Shown: positions 22,199 to 37,300, counted from the stretch's first letter. The stretch: 64,000 bases of DNA from Marsupella aquatica (GCA_973895155.1 OZ316896.1:4593925-4657924); one strand, 5' to 3'. Numbers and translations: made by a program. The notes: generated from the sequence alone by a model not told the origin.

Positions 22199-24402
22199 AT
22201 GGCGGCACAGGAGGCGATAAAGCACGTTTTGGCGAGTATCAAGCCTGTGCCACCTGGTTCATCTCCATTTGCAGCAAATTCACAGTCTCGTCAGTACTCT
22301 CCCCTTCCCTGCCTCAAGATATTGTCGAGACAAAGGTCTTGAAAGTATCTTCACTCCCATCTGCCTTCTCACGTCAGTCTGCAGGTAGATGGGTTCCTAA
22401 TGCGACCGTCACGCAGGATCAAATTTGAGATCTAGTATAAGATTGTATTCTTGTGGGTTGGTCTGGTTTGATCGCTGTCAGTGCAATACGTTTTTCCTCT
22501 TGTTGACTGATAGGAATCCTGTCTTGCTCTGTGTTTCTGCAGTGAACAAAGATCAACTTCGTATGTAAGTATTTGTGTGCCCATCCCATTCATTCCTCTC
22601 GCGTTTAGTTTTTCTCAGAAGAATTGGTCACGTAAGGTAGTGCCCTTTATTACTGGCTAACTGAAGACTCTGCATCTTGATCATTCCCCCCCCTAAAGAG
22701 AAATAGAAAAACACGTTCATTTCCAGTTCTTTTGTAACCGAGTAAAACCACTCTTTTCGCTCCAGCCGAAAATGCGAAGGACCGTAAAACTCTTAGAACG
22801 TTTAATACTTGTCTCTGTTTCTGTCAGCAAGTAGTAGTCGGGCAGTACTATTGGGAATTGCTAATTCATTGCTGGGCTAAAGCAACTAAAGGTTTCGATG
22901 GTTGTCATTTTTTTAAGTGTGGTTTCAATAGAAGCCGATAATCGTGTGCTACTTTCATTATGAGTCGTCTGCTTGTCTTGAGTGCCTGATTGGCGGGGTC
23001 TTCTGAGCGGGACCAACATGGGAAAATCGTTGACCACCTGCCTCTCCCCTAGGCGTTTCGGTGAGGAAGGCAACTTACGTCTGCATTCCGTGCTTCCAAC
23101 AACTGTTTCACTCCACCTCTGGAATTGTAAAAACGTCTAGCCTATTAATTCAGCTAGGGTCTCAAAGTTGAAGACGGGTAGGAGTTGCGCACCTCGTGCA
23201 CCTGAGAGCCCAGAAAGTCGTTCTGCAGAGTAGAAGCTGTGAAACTCTTCGTTCGGTTTCTATATACATTCGGAGCCTTGCAAGGGTTGAGCACATTTGG
23301 TCTTAGCTTGACTTCTTGTTGGTGCAGGCTGTATTTTTTGTTCAACAAGAACTTGGAGAAAGCTTTGCGTATATTAGACAATGGAGGTGTGACCAGACTT
23401 ACGGCTAATCCAAGTGGTCGGGTAGTCTTTCAGGTAAGCTTGACCTTGCACAAATAGGATTCGCCCTCCATTTAACTCTTCATTCGGAGATTTTCTTTGG
23501 ACAGCTCAAATGATGGCATTATTGTTCACGTCGACAAATTATGAAGCTCACAGTTCTACTAAATTGAAGTAATGAATGGCTTCCAAAATTGACCAGTCTT
23601 TGGCTCGTAAGTGGGAAACACAAAGCGAAAGAAATTATTTAGTGTAATGCTTAAATATTGGATCCAAGCATATTCTGTGAACACAACCCCAGGTTCTCAG
23701 TTGTAAGGTTTTGCCTCTAGCTTAGGCTTCTCGGCAGTTGACTCAGTCACCTACTGCCAAAAACCATGGTGGAAGCTTTGTTCGAGTAAGCTAACAGAAG
23801 ACTGTAGGGAGTAGCTGCCATTAAGCAACTCATAATCTGTTGTAGAGAGTGACCTCGATTCGATTTGTTTGGTTTCATTCGGCAGGTTGTTGCAGAGTCA
23901 AAGGGCCTAAATAAGTACTTATGCTTACCAGAACAGTACTGCGCTTGCCCAGCATTTCACTTCGAAGTGGTGTCTCGTGGACAACAATTATGTGTGAGTT
24001 TCAATTACATTGCTGTCTGACCTGAAACACTTTATTAGCTTCTATAGGCAGTGAAGATTTTATTTAGAAAATGTTTGGGCCTGGAGCATTGATTCCCAGG
24101 ATCTATAACTTCTGAGCTTAATTGCTTGAGCCCATTCTGTACAAAGAATAAGATCATGTTTCGCATTGGTACTGAACTTGTTTTTAGGACGCTGAAATCT
24201 ACAAATAATTCCTTCCACCAACGTCATAAATACTCAATTTGCTACCAAGTAATTCAACAGGGATTGCCCGAACTAATGACCGTTGGACATTTGTTGGCAG
24301 TGTAAGCATCAATTGGCAGCGCGACTGGCAACTTCCCTTAACATATGCAAGGAGTTACCTGTTTCAGACGAGTACATTGCCCTTCTACTCTTGAATATGT
24401 AG
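22199..24402 (+). CDS. ZSWIM7: SWIM zinc-finger protein ZSWIM7/SWS1-like (Shu complex, homologous recombination)
   Basis: Exons 22199-22256, 22543-22564, 23328-23433, 23886-23993, 24301-24402 splice in frame: ...LYFLFNKNLEKALRILDNGGVTRLTANPSGRVVFQV..KYLCLPEQYCACPAFHFEVVSRGQQLCCKHQLAARLA...SDEYIALLL. SWIM motif CxC-x15-CxH. Confidence 0.88.
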
Positions 24403-25354
24403 GTATACAATTGTTACTAAGTTGCCCACAGACTTTTCAATGTTCCCATAGGCAGAGCAGACAAGAGACACGTACCCAGGAGCTCCGCAACCTACCAAAA
24501 CTAGGGAATAGCAATCGATATATGTAATTTTGTTCCAAAATTTATGGTACTGTCCGTAGGTAATTATAAGCAGTCCAATGGATGACACATTACAAGCCAT
24601 GGGAAAAAACTCTTAGTTTTGGGAACAGTACAATCTTCAACTCCTCTGCATGTGGTGGATCCACTATTGCTCAGTTGTTTTAGAGTTATGTGCTTCATAG
24701 CCAGAGATTACTAGTTGAGTAGCGTCTGTCACAGTCGTTCGGCCGTGACCCTGCACGGATGAAGGTCATAGCCGCGAAGACCACTGCAGCAACCCTAAAT
24801 TCTAGTAGGATTCGTTAACGCGAAGCAAATGGATGTGGTATTATTAGTGATGGGGGCCATTCTTCTTCAGTGGAAATCTTCTGACTGATTTGAACTGCTT
24901 TTAGAGTTTTGGACTCCAGGTTCCCCGAAGCCCTTGCGATTGGTCAAGGTCCCAAACATAATGGTGGGATGAGGTGCCAATTTAAACACTCGTCATAACC
25001 CGAGCCAGAAAATTGTTTGGAGCCAACATTCCGAAATGAAAGTGTGGAATGGAAGCAAGGAACAGGTTGTTTTCGAAGGCTCATCAAGATCTTGGAAATC
25101 ACAGATATTGTCAGTATAGTTGATTTTTCAAAAAGAGAGTGTTTTAAGGCAGCAGGAGGAAACTATTCCGCATGTTGAGTGCGGGTCTTGGGACTCAAAA
25201 TGTTCCAATTTAGTTTCATTCCTTTGTACTTTAGGTTTCCATTCAAGCTCTAAGTTTCTTGTTGGAATCCTGAAATATCCCTTCTCTAACCGAAAATGGA
25301 CATTGTAAGTGATCGTGGCCAAAATTTGATGTCACAAATCGTCCTACAGCGAAG

Positions 25355-25382
25355 GAGGCAGAGGCAGAGGCAGAGGCAGAGG
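25355..25382. repeat. (GAGGCA)n microsatellite
   Basis: gaggcagaggcagaggcagaggcagagg. Confidence 0.8.
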
Positions 25383-26324
25383 AAGGGATTACCTTATCTA
25401 TGATGGTGATGCGAGGAAGCTGGTAAGCAGTAGGCTAATGACGTTCACCAGTAGTTTGGCCAATTTGTTTTATACCGATGCAATGGAAAGAAGAGAAGCA
25501 CATTTCTTTTCGAGTTCAGAAAACTATGCCAGTCAGCTGCCTGAACTACAGACCTACCCATCTTCTTTTAATTAAGACCATCTCCAATGCCACACTTGCC
25601 AAACACTTAGTATAAGGAAACTACGGTAGAGAGAATCAGAATTAGTGTGAGTAAACTATTCTAGGGACCATCATGTACGTCGAGCTCCCTGGGACACGAT
25701 GAAAAAGTTCTATGTATACTGAGCAAATATTCAAAGGATATTCATGTAAGCAATAATTTTACAGTTTATACCATTTTAGTTGATAAATGGAATCGGAGAG
25801 CATTTCTGGTTTCGTGTTATGACCTGAAACATTGAGTTGTTTTGTGATAAACAACTGGGAACCTGATCATCCGTATGGTAACGAGCTGAGATTCTGTTCC
25901 AGGACACTGAAGTCCCCATGGCATCCTTTTATTCAATGTCCAGAATTCTCGAAAAGCAGATTCATCATGAAGTTTCTCTTCTTTGTGCGTTCATCAGATT
26001 GTTTTTTCATTTCCTTTTTTTGAAATAGAAGCTGAAATTTGGGGGTTGAGAGTGCATACATATCCAATTGTGCTTTAGAATAAGTGATGTGAAAATATGC
26101 ACGATGACCTACATGTACACTTCAAACCTAGATTTAGTGAAAGCCCATGAAAAACATATCTGTAACCTAACAGTAGTCCTTACGTCCTGAAAGATCTTAC
26201 AATCTCAATTAGATGCATGAGCAACGCCAATTAGTAACATACCTTGCCACTTCAGTTAGTAGAAGCTCACCACTGGACCCTACATGGCGCTACACCCAAA
26301 AACATTACTGTACAAAAGTCACAA

Positions 26325-27020
26325 CGTAAACTCGCTCACTTAGCTATTGACCTTAACTCACTTACTCAACTCAAATCCGTCACTCACCTAGCCCTATCAT
26401 TTATTTCATGATTTAACTCATGACATTAGCTCACTCACTCGCATGAACTAAACCGCCACTGTCACCAAAGCAAAAACTGGTGGGTCCAGGTTACCATACA
26501 TAATAAAAATGTTCTTAACAAAGTATAGAGTGGGCAAACAGTGTGACTGTTTTGTCCTCCCATAGCTCTTCAGGACAGTGGCACTTTAAGACCGGTGACT
26601 GAGTGACTATCGCGAGTTAAGGTATTGAGCAAACTCACACAAGTGACTATCATGAGTTAAGGTCATGAGTTTATCTGCTGAGTGAAGGTCATGAGTTCAG
26701 TGATTTAAGGTATCGAGTTAACTCACACATTCAGCTCATAACCTTAACTCATTCAGTTAATAAACACTCAACCCTCAAGAGTTAAGTGATTGAGTGACAA
26801 TCATGAGTCAAGTGATTGTGTGACTAGCATGAGTTAAGGTCTTGAGTTAATTCACACATTTACCTCATGACCTCAACTCACTCAATTAATGATCACTCAC
26901 CCTCATAGTCTCATGAGTAAACTAAGTGGCTAAGTGAACTTCATGAGTCAAGTGAATGAGCCAAGGTCTTCAGCTAACTCACTCAACTGATGACCTTAAA
27001 TCACTCACGTAACTCACAAA
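26325..27020. repeat. Degenerate ACTCA/TGAGT motif array in both orientations (probable DNA-transposon subterminal or MITE sequence)
   Basis: Many ccttaactca, catgagttaaggt and gagtgact motifs in alternating orientation blocks. Confidence 0.6.
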
Positions 27021-27399
27021 CTACCGTGAAGGCAGAACACTAAGGAAGGAAATTGAAACACCAAAAAAGATTTTCAGAAAGCTCACTGTGTCACTCTCTT
27101 CAGACTCTGCAGTACCGTCGTCACCAGTTTAAGTCTCTGTCGTCGGGCTCTCGGCAGAATTGCGGCGAGCGAGCGATCGAGGTCCCCCCACCTTGTTACA
27201 CTTAATTAATTAATCGTGACCTCCTCCACCGCCGTGGCACCAATTTCTTTTCGGCAGGCAGAGCTCCTCTCTGGTCTTGATGAACCCCTCCCTCTCTGGT
27301 GTGTGGATGTCGTGCATGAAGACTGTTCCGTCGGGGACCGATGGCGCAATAGCCAAACAGACGCACAGACGGCTGGCACTGATTACAGAAATGCTCGAT

Positions 27400-27465
27400 A
27401 GATATACAACAGACCAGAACAGAACAGAACAGACGGACAGACAGACATTTTGATAGATAGATAGA
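27400..27465. repeat. Compound microsatellite (AGAAC/GACA/GATA)
   Basis: cagaacagaacagaacagac..agacagac..gatagatagatag. Confidence 0.65.
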
Positions 27466-28557
27466 AAGTTGTACAGTACATGGTATCAGTCAGGGAATTC
27501 TGAGTCCAGGATTCGAGGAATACATTACACTACCAGGAAGAGGAGAGGGAGGACTGGAGGAGGAGGAGGCGAAATGATCAGACCGACAGCGTGTTGAGTT
27601 TCGCGAACGGACTGTTCGAATTATTTTCAAAGTCAGGGTGCCGCGCCTTAATTACTTGTCGTGGCGATAATGATGGTGTGATGGTCGTGTCGGTTTAGTG
27701 TTGAGATTGCCAGAAAGCGAAGGGAGGAATACTGTGCGACGGGTTTGAGGAGGAAGGGGACGATTTTGAAAATCAGGGCACCGCTTAGTGGAGGTGTGTG
27801 GTGCGTTCGGGTCGATATAGTGAGGAGCTATGTTCTTTATCGGCCAATATCATCCCGAGCACCATAATTCTACCGGCAATTAATGTAGGTATTTCCTTGT
27901 TTGCAGTATTCTGAGTGTTGTGCAGAGAGCATCCATTTGAGGAGGAGCAACATTAGGAGTCGGGCTGGAGTTGCACGAGCACTAGGTGGACGAGAGAATG
28001 GGGTGAAGAACGAACGGCGACGACGAGAGGACGGAGGGAAGTTAATCATTTACCAAGAGCTATAGTTCGTGTGAGAAGAAGATCATTGTAACCGAACGAA
28101 CGAGGAATTTCGCAATGCGACCAGCTGAGGAATTCTTTTGCTATTCTCGTCCATTGGAGGAGGGGGAGTTCAAGGAGTAGTGGTAGGAGCGCTAGTTGTT
28201 TCTCCATCGTCGTATTATCGTCAGTCTTGTTAGTAGACGTGGCCAGGGTTCCCTCCAAGCTGACATTTTGTCAAATCATTGTGACGGACTCCCAGACCGG
28301 CAAATCGCTGCGGCTGCCACTGTTCGTCTCGTCTCTGCTCTGCTCAAGTTCACGTGCTTAAATATAGTGAGGCAGGGGAACCCCATTAGCTCGGAATTAC
28401 AGCAGCTTGCCGAAATTTCGAGGAGCTAGCGCTTGGAATTACTTGTCTTCGGATTTATTGTAGTCGGAGGGGCGCAAAACACAGTTCTGCTACCTCAAAC
28501 GTGGATACAAAAGCAGAGTTTGTCACCGGAGAGACGACGGTTGTGCTGGTGGGAAAA

Positions 28558-31500
28558 ATGGCCGAGCCGAAGGATTCCTTTGGCAATGGCAATTCGAACG
28601 AGTAAGTCATCGACCATTCTGACTTCCATAGACGATGAAAAACAAGTCCACAGAGAAGCACAGAGAGGGTCTCGTTTAGTTAGGTTTGTCTATTGATGAT
28701 GCACCACTCTAAGAAATGCCCATTACTATGCTTCATTTCTAGTGTTCTGGTAACTTTAAAAATTGTTTGCGCCATGGAGTCGACCTGGGAACGATATTCT
28801 CAGCCAATTGCGAGAAAATACTTTGTCTTGCCTGTCAACGGAGCATAATTGCGAGACAATGTACGTAAAAATATCACGTAGCGAGTTTTGCGCTGGCCGG
28901 ATGCCTTCGTCCCATCGTAGAGGTGTCCTGGATCACGAATTCGTCGCCATTGTTTATTTTCCAAGATAGTTCTGTTCTTTTGATTGCGAAGCCGTCAGAA
29001 AATGAGAATTCGACTGGACGAGAGATGAATGGGGAAGGTCGGATTTGAGAGCATCTCAGATCTATGGAGCTCTGCACTGACTTCTGCTCAATTAATTTTA
29101 ACAATTTCATGCATTTATACTCCTGAAAGTCGTAGTTGTGTAATTATGTCGTAAACTGGGTTACAATACTCATGTGAGTATATATGTTTCTTTCAAATAG
29201 ATTGCGCTACTAATTCTACATTACTTGCTCTCCATGAACACCGGAACAAATTGACCTTGCGGCCTTGGAACAGGAGTCAATGTCATGCCCTAATGTTGTG
29301 ATCTCAAGAATAATACTACGTCGCAACTTAGAAGTAGTGATGTGCGCAGATATTGAGTGCACATATTACTCACTTTATCCCTTGACCTTATTCGAATCGT
29401 CGATATCTGTCGATCTCCCCGATTTAGTCGGATGGATGCGATGGTGTCTCAAGTCGTATAACTACACAGAACAGGGTACGAGTTCGATTGCCCAGAGTAA
29501 CTGAATGATCGGTGACAGCCCCTCAGAAAAGTCGTGATTGATGAGGACGAACTAATGAACGCGTGATACTTCTCCATGACGCCTGATCGGAGAGATTTTA
29601 GTGCTTGATTCTTATGTCGGGGAAATTAATCAGAGTATGTCTTGGGAATCAATTTCTTATCAGAGAGTGTTGATTCGTGGATATATTGAGTTTTGGGTTC
29701 TTATATTAACGTTGAATGGATCTTCCCCGGTGATGTCCTCAAAGTATCATCTACGACCATATGACCGACATACTTCTCCCATATTGGACAGCGTCAAATC
29801 AACTAGCCAGTATAATGTCTATGTTGAGGTTATAGTTCTTGTCATGAATCCGGATTTTTTGCATAACAGATGATTGATGGTGAGCAACTAACGTCGCAGA
29901 ACGAACTGACTGTTGTGTGGTTTGCTCCTGGGTACGTGCAGCTATGTGACGATTTGTTTGTCAGAAATAAGAAAGGAAATGCAGTGCCCGATATGTCTGG
30001 GTGAGAGATTAATACTCCTGGCCCACTGTAATATTGCAAAACTTGATGATAATTCTACAGATATTCCACAGAAGAGAATGGGATTCCTCTTTGACCTCGC
30101 AGATTTCTTTTCGGTGCTCCTGTTTTAATATCATTGTTAAGAATTATGACGCTTTTCTCTCGTTGTTTTATGATCTAATGAAACCTGAGGACCAGATTCC
30201 TTCATTTGTTTATTTCTTCCTGAAGAAACTCGTGTTTGTGATTATTCCATGATTGAAATTACGGAAAACTCATGTCGGTCTCAAACTTTGGACATGTACG
30301 CATGGGTGGACATACAGGCATCATAAGAAAGACACGCACTGTGATGGAATGCCTGCACCGATTCTGCCGGGAATGTATTGACAAATCAATGCGGCTGGGG
30401 TATGTTTTTCTATCTGTGCGGATGAACACCTAGAACTCCTCATGAAGCTTGTAACTTTAATCTTGAATGCCCTGATTTCTTGATGTGTAACTCAACGAAC
30501 AGAGTTGTTTTATGGGTGCCAATAGGGATAGTTCTTACCCCTGGAGGTCAGATTATAGACCGTGTGAGAATACTATAAGAATTAAGTAGTGATTATTTTC
30601 CCAGTGTGGCAGTTTACTAACCCAAAGACCCTGATTTTCTGAATGCAGTAACAATGAGTGTCCAGCATGCCGCACTCATTGTGCAAGTCGGCGATCATTA
30701 CGAGATGACCCCAATTTCGATGCCCTCATTGCTGCAATTTACCCAGATCTTGACAAATATGAGGAAGAGGTATGTCCTTATTCCTTGGGTTATGCACACC
30801 CTCTCAGCTGACAGTAACATTGAGACGAGTAGCTGCTTATGCACGCTTGAGGCGTGAATACTGGATTCACCTCATCTCAGCTGAAAGAATATGAAACAGG
30901 GTCAACTGTGAAAATCCTTGGAGTAGCAAAAGTCGGACTAAGAACCGAGGTTCAAATTTGACGTTTGAAGACTGAATCACCTCTCTTCAGCCCTAAGAAT
31001 GAATGGCAGAATTATAACGAAGTGTGAAAATGAAATGAACAATGAATGAATTGAAGACCATATACCAACCAATCGTCGAGATTCACAGATAAACAAGTGG
31101 GATGCATGTTGCAAACGACTAAACCACACAAGATTGAGGTTTCGGATCTCCAATCTGACCAGCTGACCAATTCAATGTGAGTGCATGGAAAGACCGACCA
31201 TTGCATGGAAAGTCCGACCATTGCAATAGCTGTACGTAATCGTGGTGCAGGAGAATTTCTACGTCGGCCAACTGGAATGAAATCAAATTAGGATGCTGTT
31301 CAGGCCAGTTGTGAAGATTTCAAATGTGGCAGACACTGAGGGTTTTCATTTATATTTGGTGTAGGAAATGATGCTTCTTGAAGACGAAACTCGGCGAAAC
31401 AAACAGGTATAGCTTTCGTCCAGTACCTCAACAATCCTTGAATTACATCAGTGAGTTCTTTTAAGTATCACAAATAGCTGGTAGGTGTTGTCTCTCATTC

Positions 31501-34361
31501 GGGACATAGATAGAAATTACATTTTGACAAATCTTGGCCGCTGATGTGCTCATACCAAGCTTGATCTTTCGTGAGGAAAAATGTTTCATGGTTTGATGGG
31601 AGGGAAGGTTTCCTCGTCGCATGTCAGAAAATGTGTCCACCCTGCTGTCACCGATCATTCAGTAGGGAATGGCCATATGTACTGGCATGAAAGAAGATAA
31701 TTAAAGTCAGCCCTTGGATGTAGATGCAAACATTTATCCCTTGATAAGTTTCTCCCCTCTCCTTACAGTTAAGAATTGGATTGGAAATGAGTGGTGACAA
31801 CAGATACAAGCTAGCATAGCTGAGACATTCAAGCGTCAATCGGAGGCAGTTGCAAGGAGGCGCACCACCGCAAAAGCAACAGCTGCTGCCATTGTCAGAA
31901 AGGCTCATGGCAAGTTTCGACATGTTCAGAATCGGAGCAGGGGTCCTACTCAGCAGACACGTGGTGGCAACAATCGGGCTAATAATAATGGTCCCCCCGT
32001 CTATGGATCACCTCCTTCACCACAGGAAGAAGAAAAAGAAGAGCCCAAGGTTAATCCTCCATCTCAGCCACTAGCAAGCAAAGCAGCTGCTACTCACGAC
32101 AACAAAGTAGTCAGAGAACAGCAGGAAGTCACCAAAGAGGTTTCAAAAGATCGCGCTGGATGGAGAAAACGAAGACGGCCTCGCCATGTGGAACCTGAAA
32201 ACAGTGAGGAGCGGCGTAAGGCAAGTCGTACTACTGAAGAGCACCCTCACGATGAACACAAACCGGCAGACTCTTCCCAAGTAGCTCAACAGCAAGATGC
32301 CTCCCCTGTGAATAACAGAGCAGGGGTCGTCACTTCATGGGCCAGGGCTGGAGCTCGGAGCCACACAACACGTCACAGCCTGAATGCCAGCAATAATAGT
32401 GGCAGGCATTCGAACCGATGTGTCCGTGCCACTGCTCTTCTAGATTTCCTGACGTCTTCCGCACGCAAAGAAAACGAGGACGAGGTAACTCATCACTCTT
32501 CTTTCTAGCTCGTTATATTTGTTTCAGAACAGTAGCTCATCAGTATGTTGTGAGAGAAAAGAGCCTGAATATGAGCATTACTATGCAAGGCCGAATAGAA
32601 TTGTCTTCATCAGGGTGTGTACCCAATTTTCCAGTATGCAAAGCAACAGATTTAATTGGGTCAATTGTTTGTAACTATATGCCCAAAAGCCAACCGTATT
32701 GCTTTATAGTGGACACAGGAGTTGGTATTTGAAGCAAGGTTCCGGCCATGAATATATGAACTTAAACAAAGTCTTTGAACTTGGAAACCAGATTTCGAGG
32801 CAAGCCTTTAAGGCACGGGCGTTGGAATCCAAAGCAAGTTTTAGAAATATTCAAACCAGAGAAAGAGGAGAATTCTGGCACGTTCACCTTTGTTCGTTAT
32901 TAGCAGAAAATCTCTCCTGACAAATATTTCAATCGAGTGGCCTCGTCTTGCTCAAAGAAAGAAGACTAAATTTTCTCTCTGAGTTCTTTAACAATTCTTA
33001 AAATCAGGTTTATGAACTCGTCATGCATACTGAGCACGTTGAGAGGTTTCCAGCTCCTGTTGAAAATCTCATATGCCTTGGAGGGTCAGTGTATTACAGC
33101 GTGCTACAATTCAGTTTTTGTCGGGAACGGAAGGAGAGCTTCCGGACTGGATTTATTGACCCTGCTACACCTGGCTCTGTTCTGTGATGGAATTCTGCAG
33201 TTTGACATACAGCTACACTTATCGCCGATGAATACTGACTACGATGATGAGGATGCGCTGCCAAGTCTGGAACGGCCTTACCTGTGCTGTCCACCTCAAA
33301 TGACAGTTCAGTATCTCTGTAAGGTATTCGCCAGTATGAAAATGGACCTGGTTTTTCAGTTTGGTTGAAGCACGTCAACACCAGGAGTGCACTTGTATGG
33401 ATCTTGTAGTTGTTAATATACGCTCGAGTGCATTGCAACGCGCCTCAAGCTGTCATTCTGCAGCTTTGTCCTCGTGAAAATGATATTTACTCAGACAGTG
33501 AGTTAGAAGTCAATTAAGAGTCTGGACCAACGAAAAATTTGAGCAACGTATTTGCACGGTTCCTCGCAGATGTAAGAACTGGCGGAAAGAATACTGATTT
33601 ATCGTACCCACGAGAAAATATGCTATATTCATGTTTTTGGCATGGAATAACATTATTTGAGCCATGGTCTCGTATATCTGAAATAATAATTCTGCAGCAA
33701 GGTTTCAAAAATCATTACTGCAACGGTAGTTAACCTGTGTCTCACTGAAGATTTCCCTGGACAAATTTCTCACATCCCCTGTGCTTTCGCTTTGCAGCAT
33801 CTCGTGACACGTCTGTCACTGGTTCGTGGAGGCGAGCTTGAACTTCTGATAGAGCGGATAAGTGGGAGGGTGACAGACCAAGTTCTTCCTGGAAAAGTGT
33901 CTTCCCTCCGGCTGAACAGCATGGCAAGAGGGAAGACATGGCCTGCAAGACCTACTGGAGGGAAAATTGTGGAAGTTTTGGAATCAAAATCCACTCTCCA
34001 ATACGTGCTTTCAACTTGCTGGGATAAAAGTGGCAATCTGGTGAGCTTCAAGCCATGAACATCTACTGTCTTCGTCCGTCTCTGTTTGCTGCGTATGTGC
34101 AATGCAAGCGTATAGATCATGACACATTTTCTCTGTTACTATTCTTTTATATTTGTGTCGATCACAAGAGAAAGATAGAAAAGATAAAATTCTGTTCATG
34201 TCAAGCATCTTTTAGAGAATCTCACCTTAAAAGAGCAAGTTTTTCTGGAATTTTGAAATGAAAGAGGGAAACACGTTCGGGAAGTAAATGTAATATCTGC
34301 TAATGGAGGGGTGCCAACTTTTGGAATTGTGCAGGACTTGTTGTATCGGTTGAAGACTTGA
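28558..34361 (+). CDS. RING1: Polycomb PRC1 E3 ubiquitin ligase RING1 (RING1a/b ortholog; RING finger plus RAWUL-like C-terminus)
   Basis: Exons 28558-28601 (least certain), 29942-30000, 30318-30399, 30649-30769, 31365-31406, 31804-32484, 33201-33323, 33798-34040, 34335-34361. Translation [67 protein letters not shown] is diagnostic; also [13 protein letters not shown] and terminal GNL|DLLYRLKT*. Confidence 0.93.
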
Positions 34362-37300
34362 TGTGAATATTTGACAATGCAGCAGATGCCACACAATGAT
34401 CAAGGAGACGAGGAAGTTAGTCAGAGATTGCACACTCTTAAGCTCAAAACATAGTAGGAAAAAATCGGGGGATCGATCTTAGACAATCGAAATTGCTGGC
34501 TCCTTTCTAGTGTTGAAATTTAAGTTAGTTTTTTAGGTTATTGAGTTTTCTTGTGTTATTAACGGGCTGGCAGGCATCTCATCTCTTCTGCTTTGTGGGT
34601 TCTTACTTCCGACCTCATCAGTAAAGGTTTTTTTTCTTTTTCTCTAGAACTTTTTGGCATGGCTTTCTTTCCCTCTGCAATCCTTTCAAGTGAGCAGTTA
34701 GCAGGGCCTTGTTGTACTTGGTGGTTCACACAATCCTGCATTAGCGGTATACTTGAATCAAGTATTGAACTGATGGTGGAGGTTGCGCTGAATATTGAAG
34801 GAGCATTGAGTTATTGAACGTACTTGTTATCAATGTGGCCTGGGTTAGGCTGTGATGAGAGGAGGGAACGAAGGCTCGAGGTCATCGGCAGAGCTGATGG
34901 GCCCGTATCCAGTGACGTCTAGCCGTTTTACTCATAGTGGGAATGTGGCCTTCAGATTATAAAAAGTATGTCAATTAGTGACTTGGTGTTGACGGTTGGT
35001 GGGTGATATAACCCATGTATGGGTAGCTCTCTTGTATTTGTTCTTTCCATTTGCAAAAATTCATTAGAAACCGAAAAATTAGAGAATTTTACCGATTGCA
35101 TCATATCTGCAGAATATTGTCTCTAAAGATTTCTACTGGACATTGCGTTGATTTGCCTAGAGTCTGTCTTTATAGGATTTTACTGTACACTGTGCTGATT
35201 CGTCTAGAGTCAACTACACGACATCCTCGTCACTTGTGTCTGTTGGTGAGAGTTCATCATTTATTCTCACCTCTGTCGGTGCGAGGTGTACCGATTTATA
35301 ACATTCACCGACAGAGCTGAGGTTATTAACAGTGAGGTGGAATGTATTGGGCGCAGTCATAGAGCCCAAATGATAAAACCAAGCTCCCAATAGATCATAC
35401 AGACCTCATTAAGTGCTAACAACTATTCAATGATGGAATTGTTTACCGCAGTGTAAACAATGCATGATCACCATCACGAGTATCGTAGTAAATGATGCAT
35501 AACGTATCATATAAGTGTCTTGTATGGAGACAGTGTATCTGGCATGCAAATAATCTAGACAGTACGTAGTCATGGAGCAAAAGCGTTTTATCATCTTCGT
35601 CTGACTATTTCATCGCACCTCACCTCCCTTATTTGGAACAGCTGGTGTCAGGATACAATGAGCCCTTTTCCTAAATGTATCGGAGTACAGTAAGTTGTAA
35701 TATTCTACAATTTGTGGAAGTTGAGCTGTCGTTATCCTCTCACAAGGGTGATTGATGCCCAGCCAAAACGTCTCGATTCCATTTTACCTGCGAGAACAAT
35801 TACTAGTCATACACAGCCTATGTACGTTACATGTACTTGTTAAAAACCAACACTAGAGTGATTATTGCATATACCCGGTCCTTGTTCTCAGTTGAAGACA
35901 GCTATTGCTGTTCTGGGAGACTTTTTTATGGCGCAGAATCTAGGATCTCATTGGGAATTAGTCTGCAGATTGGAGCCGATCCACTATTCCCATAGTCAAT
36001 CTCCTTCCCGCCTTTCTGGCTCAAAGATTTATACAGTCAGTAAGCTAGATAATTGTGCTCAGCTTTTGCTTTCTTATTCTTTGAATGATCTTGTCGTGCC
36101 CGGTTTTTGCTGTGATTGAAAAATTCTCGTTAGGAATTGGAGAAGTTGTTACTCGTGGTGCCACCTTTTAGCCACCAATTATTCTTCCTCTACACGAACC
36201 TACTTGGCAGCAGTGTGTGCGGTTTGATTGACAATGATGCTCGCAACGGAAGAGATTGTCGCTAACTATTCGAAATGGTTCCTGCATAGCCTGATCTTAC
36301 CAACTTGATGCCTACGCTTACTTATGGAGAGATAGGGATCCACTTGTTGATACAACAGGCGTCATCTTAGGAAGACGGAAAGAAGAATCGACAGCTCTTT
36401 GCAAAGCTGATTCACAGGCCATAAGCAATGAGTTGGCTCAGGAGCAGGGATGATTAGAATTTTAAACGAAAATCTCTAGAGCAATTAGAAATCGAAGGCA
36501 ACTAACATAATTATGTAATAGATCCTACCGTAGTGCACCTTGGTGTTGGAAAAAGGTTTTAAGTACAGTACGTAGCAAGGCAGAAATCTATAGGGGTCCT
36601 TGAATGCGTCCAAATCCAATGACACTGGTGAGTATGGCAAATTAAGGCTGCTGGACCAGAAGGCATTATGTACACCAGCATTTTGTAAGAAATGCGCATA
36701 AGAAACTAATGTAACTGAGCCCCCGAGCGAGGACCATGGAAACCTTTTTAAAAATGTTTTAGCACCTTATTGACTAAACTCAATGGTCCAGATCTGCCCA
36801 TACGTAGATGTAACGGTTATGATCGATGTGAGCATACATGTCATGTAAAAAGTCTTGCAAAGAGGAGGCTTCTCCACTCCCATAGATCTAACTGTCCTAA
36901 TCTACCACTATCATAAAGGATCCTGCCAAATCCATCTATGGTCCATTTACAATTTGAAAAAGGAGGGCAAAATACATCAGATCGTGTCCAGGGTTAAATA
37001 AGACTCTTGAATTGACTGAAAATGGGCACCCAAGATTTGTTTTTAGGTAGAGTATGAGGTATAATACATGTGTTACAATACATGACAGTGCTAAGTATTT
37101 TATAGCCTCCTTAGAATACTTTTCGGCTTAGAGTTCTAGAGTGGAAATAGATTGACTTGAGATAGAGGTTTTTGGCAGGTAACGAGTAAAGCTAAGGTAG
37201 ATTGACATGAGAAAGCTTTTTGGCTTTTTGCTCTTTCGAGGGGAATTTCATTGTTTCGAGGTTAATATTGTCTTCCAGATTGTTTTTTCTTCCTAATTTT

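Noticed and set aside
34041-34058. RING1 ending at VSFKP*
   Set aside because: A good donor (CTG|GTGAGC) and a downstream exon DLLYRLKT* (34335-34361) give the expected RAWUL-type ending.
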